DNA from: Terrimicrobiaceae bacterium
GTDB lineage: Bacteria; Verrucomicrobiota; Verrucomicrobiia; Chthoniobacterales; Terrimicrobiaceae
DNA length: 64,000 nt
Direction of reading: 5' to 3'
Assembly (NCBI GenBank): GCA_041752695.1
Contig: JBGSVZ010000005.1
Coordinates: 1-64,000, forward strand
Shown: positions 19,227 through 29,122 of the stretch, one piece after another
Layout of the letters: every line of letters begins with the position of its first letter
Numbering within the stretch: the first letter of the stretch is position 1
Notes under the pieces: model-generated
Seen by the model: the letters and a program-made list of their open reading frames with translations, nothing else
What the model was told of the DNA's origin: nothing
The model's database searches: none
Made by a program: the position numbers and the translations under genes

Positions 19227-20198
19227 TCAGCGCACGGCCAGGCCGGGGGAGGGCGGCTGGGCGGGGGCAACCTCCACGATGAGCGGACTGTGATCGGAGC
19301 CAAGTGACGGGCCGACCCGGCGGCTGATCAATTGAAGATCCTCGCTGAGGAGAACGTGATCGATGGGAATGGCAAAAAACGGCAGCCCGCGCATCCATGT
19401 CGGGGAAAAACCGGCATGGCGCGAAGAGTCCACGAGGCCGCCACGTGTGAGGGCTTTTTGAAACCAGGGTGAGAACGGCGTGATGTTGAGGTCGCCGCAG
19501 AGAATCGCCCGTGGCTGGCCCGCGAGATGGGAGGCGATTGCCAGTAGTTGATCGTTGCGGATGTCGCTGCAGGCCATTCCCCACGGAACGATCGTATGCA
19601 ACCCCGCCACCCGGTAGGTGTCCCCGTCCTTGGCAATCACCGCCTCGGCCCAAGGACGGGCCCCCTTGGTACGATGCATCGTTTCCTCGATAAAGGGATG
19701 TTTGCTGAGCAGCACGATGCCGTGGTTTTTCCTGCGGGAGGACGCGACCTTATAGGGATAGGTTTTGCGCAGTTCCTCGACGTCGTCATTCCAGAGATCG
19801 GTGACTTCGGTGAGAAAAACGACATCGGCATTTTCCGCAGCGAGGAAGTCCCGGATCTCTCCACGACGGGGATTGGTTTTCAGCACGTTAAAACTGATCA
19901 ACTTCATCCGGGCCGGATTGGCTGGCGCCGCGGAGATTTCGCGGGAGGGAAGAAAGGTGACGGCCAGCGCGAGGCCCGCGGCCAGGCTGGCCGATCCGCT
20001 CTTTTTCCGGCGGAGGACAAGCAAGGCCAATCCGCAGACGAGGAAGGCCGCGCAATATTGTCCGCGGAAGTGCGCCAGGATGTCGAAGATCCAGAACGAT
20101 TCTGCAAAAACCCCCAGCAGCAAAAATAGCGCCGCCAGCGCAGCCACGAACTGGATCGCACGGACGGCGAGAATTTTCAGCAGGGCCCGGAGATCCAA
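19227..20198 (-). CDS. EEP family membrane protein (tandem paralogue)
   Basis: SFNV, FLTEV, GDLNITPFS, IDHVL, GSDH. Confidence 0.9.
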   Translation of the reverse strand: MDLRALLKILAVRAIQFVAALAALFLLLGVFAESFWIFDILAHFRGQYCAAFLVCGLALLVLRRKKSGSASLAAGLALAVTFLPSREISAAPANPARMKLISFNVLKTNPRRGEIRDFLAAENADVVFLTEVTDLWNDDVEELRKTYPYKVASSRRKNHGIVLLSKHPFIEETMHRTKGARPWAEAVIAKDGDTYRVAGLHTIVPWGMACSDIRNDQLLAIASHLAGQPRAILCGDLNITPFSPWFQKALTRGGLVDSSRHAGFSPTWMRGLPFFAIPIDHVLLSEDLQLISRRVGPSLGSDHSPLIVEVAPAQPPSPGLAVR

Positions 20199-20203
20199 GC
20201 GCG

Positions 20204-21268
20204 TTACATCCGCTGGCCGACCGCGACGCCGGCCAGGGTGGCATTCGGGGTTTCCGTCTCGGCTTCGTTGATGGCGTCAATCAGCAGCCGCATCGTGCCA
20301 AAGTCGCGACGGTGCGGGGTGAGCACCACGCGGTGGAAATGGGCGAGTCCGGCGTCGTCGGCTTCCTCCGGCAGCGGGCCGCTTTGCACGATTCGGTCGG
20401 CCACCAGAAGGGCGTCGAAGTCGGTGTTGAGCTTGGCCACGGCGGCGTCGGTCAGCCGCCGGTTCACCCGGATGACCATGCGGTCCTTCACCCAGCGGTA
20501 GGAGTGGAAGTTGCTGTAAAACTTCAGGATGTGCGCCTTCGCGGCTTCGATGTCGTGGGTGACGATGAAGAGATTCAGATCACTTGGGGAGATCAGTTTT
20601 TGGTCGAGGAGGTCGTTGACCACAAACCGCCGCCAGGTTTCCCAGTAGTGGCCGTTTGGGCGATCAAGGAGAACGATGGGCACAATCGGGCTCTTGCCGG
20701 TCTGGATGAGGGTGAGCACCTCACAGCCTTCATCATGCGTGCCGAAGCCGCCCGGAAAGAGGGCAAAGGCATGGGTTTCCTTCACGAAGTTCAACTTGCG
20801 CGTGAAGAAATACCGGAAGTTGATCAGCTTGGGGTCGCCCTGGATCCATTCGTTGGCGTGCTGCTCGAAGGGCAGCCGGATGTTGAGGCCGAAGCTCTTT
20901 TCCGCGCCGGCCCCCTTTTGCGCAGCCCCCATGATACCATCGCCGCCGCCCGTGATGACCATCCAGTCCTCCGCGACCATGTTTGCGGAAAAATCGTGGG
21001 CGAGTTTGTATTCCTCCGCCTCGGGGCTGGTGCGGGCGCTCCCGAAAACGGCCACTTTGCGGATCCCCTGGTAGTTGCCGAAAACGTTGGAGGCATAGCG
21101 TAATTCGCGCATGGCGCGGCTGTAGAGTTTGAGGTCGGCAATGCCGGTCTTGTCCTTGCCGAAGCGGAGGGCGGTATCGATCATCTCCTCGATGAGCTCG
21201 GCTTGCCTTCCCTGCGCGACCTCGGAGACGAGGCTCTTTATGCGGGAGTCTTTTACTTTTTCTTTCAT
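20204..21268 (-). CDS. LOG-family nucleotide phosphoribohydrolase
   Basis: FGSAR, ITGGGDGIM, YFFTRK, PGGFGTHDE. Confidence 0.9.
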   Translation of the reverse strand: MKEKVKDSRIKSLVSEVAQGRQAELIEEMIDTALRFGKDKTGIADLKLYSRAMRELRYASNVFGNYQGIRKVAVFGSARTSPEAEEYKLAHDFSANMVAEDWMVITGGGDGIMGAAQKGAGAEKSFGLNIRLPFEQHANEWIQGDPKLINFRYFFTRKLNFVKETHAFALFPGGFGTHDEGCEVLTLIQTGKSPIVPIVLLDRPNGHYWETWRRFVVNDLLDQKLISPSDLNLFIVTHDIEAAKAHILKFYSNFHSYRWVKDRMVIRVNRRLTDAAVAKLNTDFDALLVADRIVQSGPLPEEADDAGLAHFHRVVLTPHRRDFGTMRLLIDAINEAETETPNATLAGVAVGQRM

Positions 21269-21343
21269 AACGAAACGGGTGCTGGAAGATTGGAGCAGGT
21301 CGTAAGGCCCTCAGGACGGCCCCAAATTCACAGAAAATCAGCC

Positions 21344-22360
21344 ATGATCATAGTCATCCGCCCCCACGCGTCAAAACAACAAATCGCCGAGGTCATTTCC
21401 GAGGTGGAGAAACTTGGCTACACCCCTGCGCCAATCCATGGGGCGACCCAGAGCGTGGTGGCGGCCATCGGCGACGAACGCACCCACGCCAACCTGGAGT
21501 CCCTCACCGCCATGCCGCAGGTGGAGAGCGTACTGCGCGTGCAGAAACGCTACAAACTCGCCAGCCGGGAGTCGCGCAGGGAAGGCACTGTCGTCGACGT
21601 GGACGGCGTGCAGATCGGCGGGAGCACGGTGTGCCTGATGGCCGGTCCCTGTTCGGTGGAGAGCGAAGAGCAATTGCTCAGCACGGCGGAGGCGGTGAAG
21701 GCGGCGGGCGCGACCATCCTGCGCGGAGGGGCTTACAAACCCCGCACGTCTCCGTATGAATTTCAGGGCCTGGGCAAGGAGGGGTTGCGTTTGCTGGCGC
21801 TGGCGAAAAAACAGACCGGGTTGAAAATTGTCACCGAAGTGTTGAGCGAGCGCGATGTCGAGCATGTCGCAGAGGTGGCGGACATTCTGCAAATCGGCGC
21901 GCGCAATGCGCAAAACTATCAACTCCTGATCGAGGCGGCGAAAAGCGGCAAGGCGATCCTGCTCAAGCGCGGCATGAGCGAGCGCATTGAAGAATGGTTG
22001 CTGGCGGCAGAGTACATTCTGGCGCATGGCAATCCGAATGTCCTTCTTTGTGAACGGGGCATTCGGACGTTTGAGACCTACACCCGCAACACTCTCGATC
22101 TTGCGGCGGTGGCCATCGCCAAGCAGGAAAGCCACCTGCCGGTGATCGTGGATCCGAGCCAGGGTTGTGGCCGCGCCGATCTGGTGGTGGCGCTGTGTTG
22201 CGGCGCCGTCGCGATGGGCGCGGATGGACTCATCATCGAAGTGCATCCCAACCCCGCCGAAGCGATGAGCGACGGTCAGCAGCAGGTGAACTTCGATGGC
22301 TTCGGGAAACTCGTCGAGGCGATCAAGCCGTTCCTCACGGCGGTGAACAAAACGGTTTGA
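21344..22360 (+). CDS. aroF: DAHP synthase type I-beta with N-terminal regulatory domain
   Basis: [42 protein letters not shown] 21344. Confidence 0.95.
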   Translation: MIIVIRPHASKQQIAEVISEVEKLGYTPAPIHGATQSVVAAIGDERTHANLESLTAMPQVESVLRVQKRYKLASRESRREGTVVDVDGVQIGGSTVCLMAGPCSVESEEQLLSTAEAVKAAGATILRGGAYKPRTSPYEFQGLGKEGLRLLALAKKQTGLKIVTEVLSERDVEHVAEVADILQIGARNAQNYQLLIEAAKSGKAILLKRGMSERIEEWLLAAEYILAHGNPNVLLCERGIRTFETYTRNTLDLAAVAIAKQESHLPVIVDPSQGCGRADLVVALCCGAVAMGADGLIIEVHPNPAEAMSDGQQQVNFDGFGKLVEAIKPFLTAVNKTV

Positions 22361-22362
22361 GG

Positions 22363-23964
22363 GTGGGGGATTCGACGGAACAGGGTAAGGGACCTCGGTC
22401 TCACGAGCGAAGCTCAGGGTCAGGTTGGCGGGAACGTGTGGGGGCTTTTGCTTCGCAGCACCCGCTGTTGCGCGATGTCTTGATGTGGTCCCTTCCGGCC
22501 CTGCTCATCGGCGCTGTCCTGCGACTCATTCTGATTTACACCTCGCCCTACGCCTTCTGGGGCGCGGATTCGCGGTCGTTCATGGGGTTCACCAACGGCG
22601 GGCTGACGGATCTTTATTTCAGCATCAACGAAAAACGCCGGTACCTGTATCCGCTTTTTTTGTTCCCGATCTCGCTGCTGCCCGGGGGGACCCTGCGCTG
22701 GCTGGCCTGGATTCAGCCGGCGCTCGGCCTGGCCAGCATCTTTCCGCTGGCCTACATGGTGCGGAAGATTTTTGTCGGATGGAAAATGTGGATCGTTCCC
22801 GTGACCGTCCTTTATGCAGGCATGCCGGTGTTCCTGTGGTTTGAGCACGAACTCATTGCCGAGTCGGTGTTCTTTCAAGGCATGGTTTGGGTGCTCGGTG
22901 GCTGGGTGGCCTGGGTAATGCAGAAGGATGCCAGCCGCGCTCGGCTGCTCTGGTGGTGGTTCCTCGTGCCGTTGGCTATTATGCTACTGACCAAGCCCTC
23001 CGGGAAAATGCTCTGGCCCGGCATGCTCATCGGCCTGGCCTTGGTGGGGGCGTGGCGTGTCCTGAAATGGCCGCAATGGGCTGCGCTGGTCGCTCTGTTT
23101 TTTGCGGGCCTCACGGTCGGCGATGATAATCAGGGTTCCTGGTTGCTCTACACCACGGCCTTCCCTCTCACGCAGGTGGACACCCCTCTGCACGCAGAGT
23201 TCAAGGCGGAGATTCGCGAGTGGGTTTTGCACAAGCGCGAGCGCCTCACGCTTTACGATGAGGAGGATGACGAGGTACACGATTTCCTGCGCAGTCCGGA
23301 AATGCGACCCGAGTTCACCCGATGGAACACACTCCCGAAAAAAAACCGCGACAAACTCTACAAGGAACTGGCCCTGGAGGGAATCAAGACCCGGCCGGAC
23401 CTGTTTTTCCTGATCGCACTGCAGCGCCTGGCGGGGTCGTGCAATCAGAACGATTTCAACACGGTGCGTTTCGAACCCCGCTATTACGCCGACTATCTGG
23501 AGAAGATGTATTTCCACAGCGGGGTGGAGGAGAGCATGATGCGGATCGCTTTCGGCATTCCGAAAGACGCGCCCTATCCCAGCTACGAGGAGCTCAGCAC
23601 ACGGGTTACTCCGCGACCGGAATCGTTTTTTACCGGTTTTTTCCTCCGTTACGCCAATGCTTATCAGTCGTTTGGCGATTTGCTTTACCGGCCCCACCGG
23701 CAGCAAACCGTGCTGTTGGACATGCGCGTCACGCCTCTGGGGTGGTGGGCGATCCTGGGAGGTATCCTCTCGCTCTTCGTGCCGTTTCTCCGTCCGCTGG
23801 GAGTGTGGACACTCACCTTCGGCGGTTATCTGATCGCAGTGTTTATGGTGGGGGTGGAGCATCATCGCTACTTCGCTCTCAACTGGCCGTTTGTGTTGGT
23901 CATCCTGGCGCTCGTTCCCGAGGTGCTCTGGCGTGGGTTGTTGCGCTGGCGGTCCTCGCGCTAA
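22363..23964 (+). CDS. Multi-pass membrane protein, GT-C-like glycosyltransferase candidate
   Basis: Many TMs; D in first loop (GADSRSF), ELIAESVF, TKP, HHRYF. Confidence 0.5.
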   Translation: MGDSTEQGKGPRSHERSSGSGWRERVGAFASQHPLLRDVLMWSLPALLIGAVLRLILIYTSPYAFWGADSRSFMGFTNGGLTDLYFSINEKRRYLYPLFLFPISLLPGGTLRWLAWIQPALGLASIFPLAYMVRKIFVGWKMWIVPVTVLYAGMPVFLWFEHELIAESVFFQGMVWVLGGWVAWVMQKDASRARLLWWWFLVPLAIMLLTKPSGKMLWPGMLIGLALVGAWRVLKWPQWAALVALFFAGLTVGDDNQGSWLLYTTAFPLTQVDTPLHAEFKAEIREWVLHKRERLTLYDEEDDEVHDFLRSPEMRPEFTRWNTLPKKNRDKLYKELALEGIKTRPDLFFLIALQRLAGSCNQNDFNTVRFEPRYYADYLEKMYFHSGVEESMMRIAFGIPKDAPYPSYEELSTRVTPRPESFFTGFFLRYANAYQSFGDLLYRPHRQQTVLLDMRVTPLGWWAILGGILSLFVPFLRPLGVWTLTFGGYLIAVFMVGVEHHRYFALNWPFVLVILALVPEVLWRGLLRWRSSR

Positions 23965-24638
23965 CTGTGCTCGGCGCGAAGGCGCAGGAACCCCGCGCTC
24001 TCATTCCAGCGGTCGTCGTCGGGCTCGATTCTTCGGAATTGGAGGGGTTTGACGACTATCCATTCGCCGTGAAGGATCTTCTGGAGAATGCGCTTGCCCT
24101 CACCCGGCAAAATCTTGGCTATCGCTTCGGGTCGGCAGATCCCGGGGAGAAGGGTATGGACTGCTCCGGAACGATATTTTTTCTGCTGAGAAAATCCGGG
24201 GTGAACGACGTTCCGCGTTCCTCGGAGGCCATTTATCAGTGGGTCTTGCAAGAAGGAACGCTCCAGCCGGTTAATGCAGACAGCCTGGAATCAAAATCGT
24301 TTGCGGGACTTCGGGCGGGCGACCTTCTTTTTTGGACGGGAACGTATGTGGCCGGGGGAAAAAATGTCGTGACCCATACCATGATCTATCTGGGCAGGGC
24401 GAAATCCGACAGCCTCCGGCTAATGGTTGGTGCGAGCGACGGTCGCACCTATCGCGGCAAAAAATGTTTCGGAGTGAGTGTCTTTGATTTTCGGTTGCCG
24501 AAGGCGGACAGCAAGAGCCGGTTTGTGGGATATGCCAAGGTCCCCGGATTGATCTCAAAGAACCGTGAACAATCCTTCTTGCTACAGAACCCCCGGCTCC
24601 CGGTATGCTGCGCGGGTGTTTCAGGTAATTTTCAATGA
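23928..24638 (+). CDS. NlpC/P60 (C40) peptidase; start uncertain
   Basis: YRFGS...GMDCSG and THTMIYLG catalytic motifs; signal-like N-terminus. Confidence 0.85.
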   Translation: MAWVVALAVLALTVLGAKAQEPRALIPAVVVGLDSSELEGFDDYPFAVKDLLENALALTRQNLGYRFGSADPGEKGMDCSGTIFFLLRKSGVNDVPRSSEAIYQWVLQEGTLQPVNADSLESKSFAGLRAGDLLFWTGTYVAGGKNVVTHTMIYLGRAKSDSLRLMVGASDGRTYRGKKCFGVSVFDFRLPKADSKSRFVGYAKVPGLISKNREQSFLLQNPRLPVCCAGVSGNFQ

Positions 24639-24972
24639 CATCAGTGCGGGGGAAATGGCGGCGCTGCCAAAGGATTTGCAGCTGGATTTGCTGATGGAGT
24701 TTCAAGTGCTTCCGGAGGACTTGGAAAATCTCGACAGCACCCGCTTCGGCACCGTGCGGCGCGACGGGCGCATCCTGCATCGCTGTCGTGCAAAGGATTA
24801 CCGCATCTATTTTGGTAAACATCCCCAGGGGATCGCGGTCCATCGGGTGCTCCACAAAAACACCATTCGGGATTTTCTCTACCGATCCAATTTGCCAATG
24901 GATGAGGAGGACGAACACCTCGCCAAGGAAAAGGGGTTCTGGCAACTGATCGAAGAGGGCGAAAAGAAATGA
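24616..24972 (+). CDS. RelE/ParE-like fold protein
   Basis: FQVIFNDISAGEMAALPK...LHRCRAKDYRIYF...VHRVLHK pattern. Confidence 0.6.
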   Translation: MFQVIFNDISAGEMAALPKDLQLDLLMEFQVLPEDLENLDSTRFGTVRRDGRILHRCRAKDYRIYFGKHPQGIAVHRVLHKNTIRDFLYRSNLPMDEEDEHLAKEKGFWQLIEEGEKK

Positions 24973-26129
24973 GCGCATTTTTTACGGATGAGGCGGACCG
25001 ATTGGAAAAGTTTCCGGTCGCGGCCGAACAAATTTTTCTGGGTCATGCCGGCGTCACTCCGCTACCCCGTAGCGCGGCGGATGCGATGATCGGCCACGTG
25101 CAGGCCAGTTGCCGGAATCATCAGGAATTCGGGGAGGTCCTGCGCGATATCGAACGCACGCGCTTGGTCTGTGCGAATTTTATCGGTGCGGATAAATCCG
25201 AAATCGCCCTGCTCGGACCCACTTCGCTTGGACTGAGTTTATTCGCCAATGGCCTCACCTGGAAGGACGGGGACGAACTCGTTTGTTACGAAGATGATTA
25301 CCCGGCGAACGTCTATCCGTGGACCGCGCTGGCCTCCAAGGGCGTTGTTGTGCGTTTTGTGAAACCGGATCGGACCGGGCGGATTACGGTGGAAGACGTT
25401 GTCCGCGAGTTGTCGCCGCGCACCCGGCTGGTGGCTCTCGCCTCGTGCCACTATCTCACGGGCTGGCGGATTGATGTGGATGGAATTGGCGCGCTGTTGC
25501 AGGAACGCGGCATTCTTTTTTCGGTGGATGCCATTCAGACTCTGGGAGCCTTTCCACTGAGCGTGAAGTACGTGGATTTTCTCAGCGCAGACGCGCACAA
25601 GTGGATGCTCGGGCCCATGGCCATCGGAATTGTTTACGTCGCGCGGCGCAATTTTGAGCGGTGCCAGCCCACCTTGTTGGGGGCCTGGAACATTCGCTCG
25701 CCGCAATTCATCGCGCAAAAAGCCATCGAATTTTTCGAGACCGCCCAGCGATACGAGCCTGGCGTGCTCAATGTCACCGGGATGTATGGCATGAAGGCCA
25801 GTCTGGACTTGCTGGCAGAGGCGGGGGCGAAAACGGTGGCGGCAGCGATTCTGGAATTGGCCGACCATTTGCACGGAGGGTTGGCCGTACTGGGCTTCGA
25901 CTTTCTCTCTCCCGGCCGCGACGAGCCGCTGCGCTGTGGCATCGTGACGGCGAGGCATCCGCGTACGGCGTCCGGAGTTCTCTTTTCGGCTTTGGAAAAA
26001 GCGCGGATCACCGCCTCCCTCCGCGAGGATCGGGCTGGCACGGGCTGGTTGCGGTTCAGTCCCCATTGCTACAACACGCGCGCGGAAATCGACCGGGTTT
26101 TGGAAGTGGTAAAGGCAGCGCTTGGTTGA
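24969..26129 (+). CDS. Class V PLP-dependent aminotransferase (cysteine desulfurase-like fold)
   Basis: VDAIQTLG, ADAHKWMLGP, RYEPG, LRFSPHCYN. Confidence 0.9.
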   Translation: MSAFFTDEADRLEKFPVAAEQIFLGHAGVTPLPRSAADAMIGHVQASCRNHQEFGEVLRDIERTRLVCANFIGADKSEIALLGPTSLGLSLFANGLTWKDGDELVCYEDDYPANVYPWTALASKGVVVRFVKPDRTGRITVEDVVRELSPRTRLVALASCHYLTGWRIDVDGIGALLQERGILFSVDAIQTLGAFPLSVKYVDFLSADAHKWMLGPMAIGIVYVARRNFERCQPTLLGAWNIRSPQFIAQKAIEFFETAQRYEPGVLNVTGMYGMKASLDLLAEAGAKTVAAAILELADHLHGGLAVLGFDFLSPGRDEPLRCGIVTARHPRTASGVLFSALEKARITASLREDRAGTGWLRFSPHCYNTRAEIDRVLEVVKAALG

Positions 26130-26135
26130 GCAAAT

Positions 26136-26161
26136 GGGATGCGAGGGCCCGCATCCCTCCA
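26136..26161 (-). repeat. GGAG-type REP-like hairpin
   Basis: Minus strand TGGA-GGGATGCG-GGCCCT-CGCATCCC between convergent genes. Confidence 0.5.
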
Positions 26162-26171
26162 GGTATCGGAG

Positions 26172-27776
26172 TCACTCGTATCGGGACAGAATCCGCTGCA
26201 CCCGCCGTTCATCGAGATCGAAGTCGTACTCGATACGGCGGCGCAGGTCCTCGGAAATTTCCCCGCGGTCGCGCATCTGAGCGAGGTGGCGCCGGGCGTG
26301 ATTCATCAGTTGGGGGAAGATCCGACGTTCGTGGCGAGCGGCTGCGGCTCGGCGTTCATAAGGCGCTGCCACCCGCTGACGCATTTGTTCGACACGATGA
26401 CTGTAGTGAGCACGCCAGAATTCCAGAGACTCATGTTCAGCCGGGTTTGAGCAATGGCGGGCGAGGCGGCTGATTTCGGTGACAAGTTCGTCCAGCAGGG
26501 TGATGCGGGCTTCCGCTTCCGTTTGGTATTCGCTGTTGGATTCCTCCACCTGCAATTTCCGCACGAGCCAGGGCAAAGACAATCCTTGGAGGACCAGGGT
26601 CACGAAGATGACACAAAAGGTGAGGAAGAGAATAATGTGCCGGTCGGGAAACTCTTCCCCCGTGGCCGTGGTGAGAGGAATAGCCAGAGCCGCCGCCAGG
26701 GAAACCACCCCGCGCATTCCCGCCCAGGATGCCACCACCAACGCACCGGTGGGTAGTCGTTGATCGCGTTCCTGGGGCGGACGAAAGAAGCGCTGCTCGA
26801 GCGTGGCGAGGGGAAAAATCCAGAGGAATCGCACGACGATCACGACCAGGGAAATAGCGGAACCGGCCACCAGAAGTTGCCAGAGGGGGATGTGCTCGAG
26901 GCCTTCCATGATGGAGGGGAACTGCAGGCCAATGAGAATGAAGACGGTGCCGTTGAGCAGATATTCCAGGAACCGCCAGATGGCGACCCCTTGCAACCGG
27001 CTCTCGGGAGAGAATGCCTCCCAGGAACGGTGTCCCACGTAGAGACCGGCCGCCACAACGGCCAGTACCCCGGAGAACCCGAATTTTTCCGCGGGGAGAT
27101 AAGCGAGATACGGGGTGAGAATGGAGAGAGTGATTTCCACCGCGGGATCGCTCAGGCGGCGGTGCAGGTAGGTGACCAAGATGCCCACGACCAGGCCGAT
27201 CGCGATTCCTCCCAAGGACATGCCAAGAAATTGCGTGCCCGCCTTGGCGAGCGAAAACGAACCTGTCACCACCGCCGCAATGGCAAATTGGTAGGCCACC
27301 AGGCCGCTCGAATCATTGACCAAACTCTCGCCCTCCAGCACCGAAGTGAGGCGCTTCGGCACCCGGAGGTTCTTCAGCACGGCCGTCGCCGCCACGGCAT
27401 CCGGGGGCGAGACAATTGCGCCCAGCACGTAACCTGCCGCCAGGGTCATGCCGGGGATCAGCCAGTGGGCGGCATAAGCCACGCAGACAATGGTCATCAG
27501 GACGAGACCGACCGCGAGGGCGAAAATCGGCAGGGCGTTGGCCCGGAAGTCCTGCCACGGAAAATTCCACGCGGCGGAGTACAACAGCGGTGGGAGGAAA
27601 ATCATCAGCACCAGTTCAGGGTTAAGCCGCACGTCGGGCAGACGAGGGAGAAACGCGATGCCGAGGCCCGCGAGGACGAGCAAGATGGGGAAGGGGAACT
27701 TGAGGCGCTCGGCCAAGACGGCGAGCACACCGATCATCCCCAGCAAGAGGAGCAGCGTTTCCAGTTTTTCCACCAT
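26172..27776 (-). CDS. Na+/H+ antiporter, CPA1 (NhaP/YjcE) family
   Basis: FLPPLL, SPPDAVA, LEGESLVND, GMRGVVSLAAAL. Confidence 0.93.
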   Translation of the reverse strand: MVEKLETLLLLLGMIGVLAVLAERLKFPFPILLVLAGLGIAFLPRLPDVRLNPELVLMIFLPPLLYSAAWNFPWQDFRANALPIFALAVGLVLMTIVCVAYAAHWLIPGMTLAAGYVLGAIVSPPDAVAATAVLKNLRVPKRLTSVLEGESLVNDSSGLVAYQFAIAAVVTGSFSLAKAGTQFLGMSLGGIAIGLVVGILVTYLHRRLSDPAVEITLSILTPYLAYLPAEKFGFSGVLAVVAAGLYVGHRSWEAFSPESRLQGVAIWRFLEYLLNGTVFILIGLQFPSIMEGLEHIPLWQLLVAGSAISLVVIVVRFLWIFPLATLEQRFFRPPQERDQRLPTGALVVASWAGMRGVVSLAAALAIPLTTATGEEFPDRHIILFLTFCVIFVTLVLQGLSLPWLVRKLQVEESNSEYQTEAEARITLLDELVTEISRLARHCSNPAEHESLEFWRAHYSHRVEQMRQRVAAPYERRAAAARHERRIFPQLMNHARRHLAQMRDRGEISEDLRRRIEYDFDLDERRVQRILSRYE

Positions 27777-27860
27777 GAGACCGCTTTCCTGTAACGGCGG
27801 AGGAGCCAAAGGTCAAAGCCCTTGCCAGACTCCGTCTTCAGCTTCAAATTTAGCTCCCGC

Positions 27861-28976
27861 ATGATTTCCAACGAACACCACGACCCGCTCAACGCCCGCA
27901 TCCTCAGCGTCTCCGAGGACAAGATCGCCGGATTTGTTCGCGATCCCTTCGCGGAAATTGCCCGCCGTTCCGACGTTCCCCTGGAGACTGTACTCGCCCG
28001 CATCCGCGCGATGCTGGAGGCGGGAACCATTCGCCGCGTGCGTCAGACTCTGCTTGCGACCAATCTGGCCGAGGGGGCCCTGGTCGCCTGGCGGGTGCCC
28101 GCCGATCGGCTCGACGAGACGTTTGATTTTCTGTTTCAGCAGGATCCGTTCTCCGGTCATGTGGTGATCCGTTCGACCGACGCCAACATTCCCGGCGAGG
28201 CTTATAAACTTTGGACAACGTTGAAGGTCCCGACCGGTCATTCGCTGGAAGCCCATTGCCGGTTGCTCTGCCGCCTGACGGGCGCGGAAACCTTCCGCCT
28301 CATGCCGGCGAAAGGCATCTTCGCCCTCGGGGTCGGCCATGTGCGCCGCAAGACCATTGAACCCGGCGACAAGTCCGAAAAACCCGCCGTGATGAATGTG
28401 GTGGGCACAGTCAAACTCACCGACCACGAATGGCGCGTCCTCACGACGCTCAAACGCGAATTCGCTTTGGATGAAATCCGGGAGCCAGTCTGGGATTCCC
28501 GCGCGGCGGAGGCGGGGGTGACGCTGGAGGAATTTTACGCTGTGGCCGAGTCCCTCGCGGAGAGAAAGTTGGTTGGCCGCTTTTCCACTTTTCTCGAACA
28601 TGTGAAGCCGAATCAAACCGGCACCAGGGTCACGCGGTTCAACGCCCTGTTTCACTGGGCGGTCCCGGCCGGTCGCGAGATCGAGGCGGGTAGTGAGATC
28701 GGGCGTCACGAAGTCCTCACCCACTGCTATTGGCGCGAGGGAGGTCCGGAATTTAATAACGTCAACATCATGGCCGTGGCCCATGGCACCGATAAGGATC
28801 GCGTCCTGGCGCACAAGGCGGCGATTGACCGTCATCTGGAAACCATCGAGATTCCCGTGGCTTACACGAACGTCTTTTGGGGCGGACGCTCGGAGATCAA
28901 ACCCTCCGAGATTTCCCCCCTGGCTTACCGCGAGTGGTTTTCCGCCATGGAAAACCGCGCTCCGGTCGGGGTGTAA
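27861..28976 (+). CDS. Double Lrp/AsnC-like protein; fused AhbA/AhbB (NirDL-type) siroheme decarboxylase-like
   Basis: Two HTH+AsnC repeats; GALVAWRVP, THCYWR, MAVAHG. Confidence 0.7.
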   Translation: MISNEHHDPLNARILSVSEDKIAGFVRDPFAEIARRSDVPLETVLARIRAMLEAGTIRRVRQTLLATNLAEGALVAWRVPADRLDETFDFLFQQDPFSGHVVIRSTDANIPGEAYKLWTTLKVPTGHSLEAHCRLLCRLTGAETFRLMPAKGIFALGVGHVRRKTIEPGDKSEKPAVMNVVGTVKLTDHEWRVLTTLKREFALDEIREPVWDSRAAEAGVTLEEFYAVAESLAERKLVGRFSTFLEHVKPNQTGTRVTRFNALFHWAVPAGREIEAGSEIGRHEVLTHCYWREGGPEFNNVNIMAVAHGTDKDRVLAHKAAIDRHLETIEIPVAYTNVFWGGRSEIKPSEISPLAYREWFSAMENRAPVGV

Positions 28977-28995
28977 GGGGGAGGCTGGCAGGAGT

Positions 28996-29058
28996 GTTGG
29001 AGTTCACGCTTTAGCGTGCGCCATGGAAGAACAAACAGCATAAAGGCTGGACTCCAAC
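28996..29058. repeat. REP/REPIN-like inverted pair
   Basis: GTTGGAGTTCACGCTTTAGCGTG ... CAGCATAAAGGCTGGACTCCAAC. Confidence 0.6.
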
Positions 29059-29122
29059 CGCCTCGGAAAAGGATTTCCTTTTGCCTCATCGCGGCGTAAT
29101 GTTCTCACAGCCGTCGGCCCCC

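Noticed and set aside
27813..28835. 340-aa minus-strand ORF, and similar antisense ORFs over GH1, the sigma factor and the antiporter
   Set aside because: Shadow frames of clearly identifiable genes
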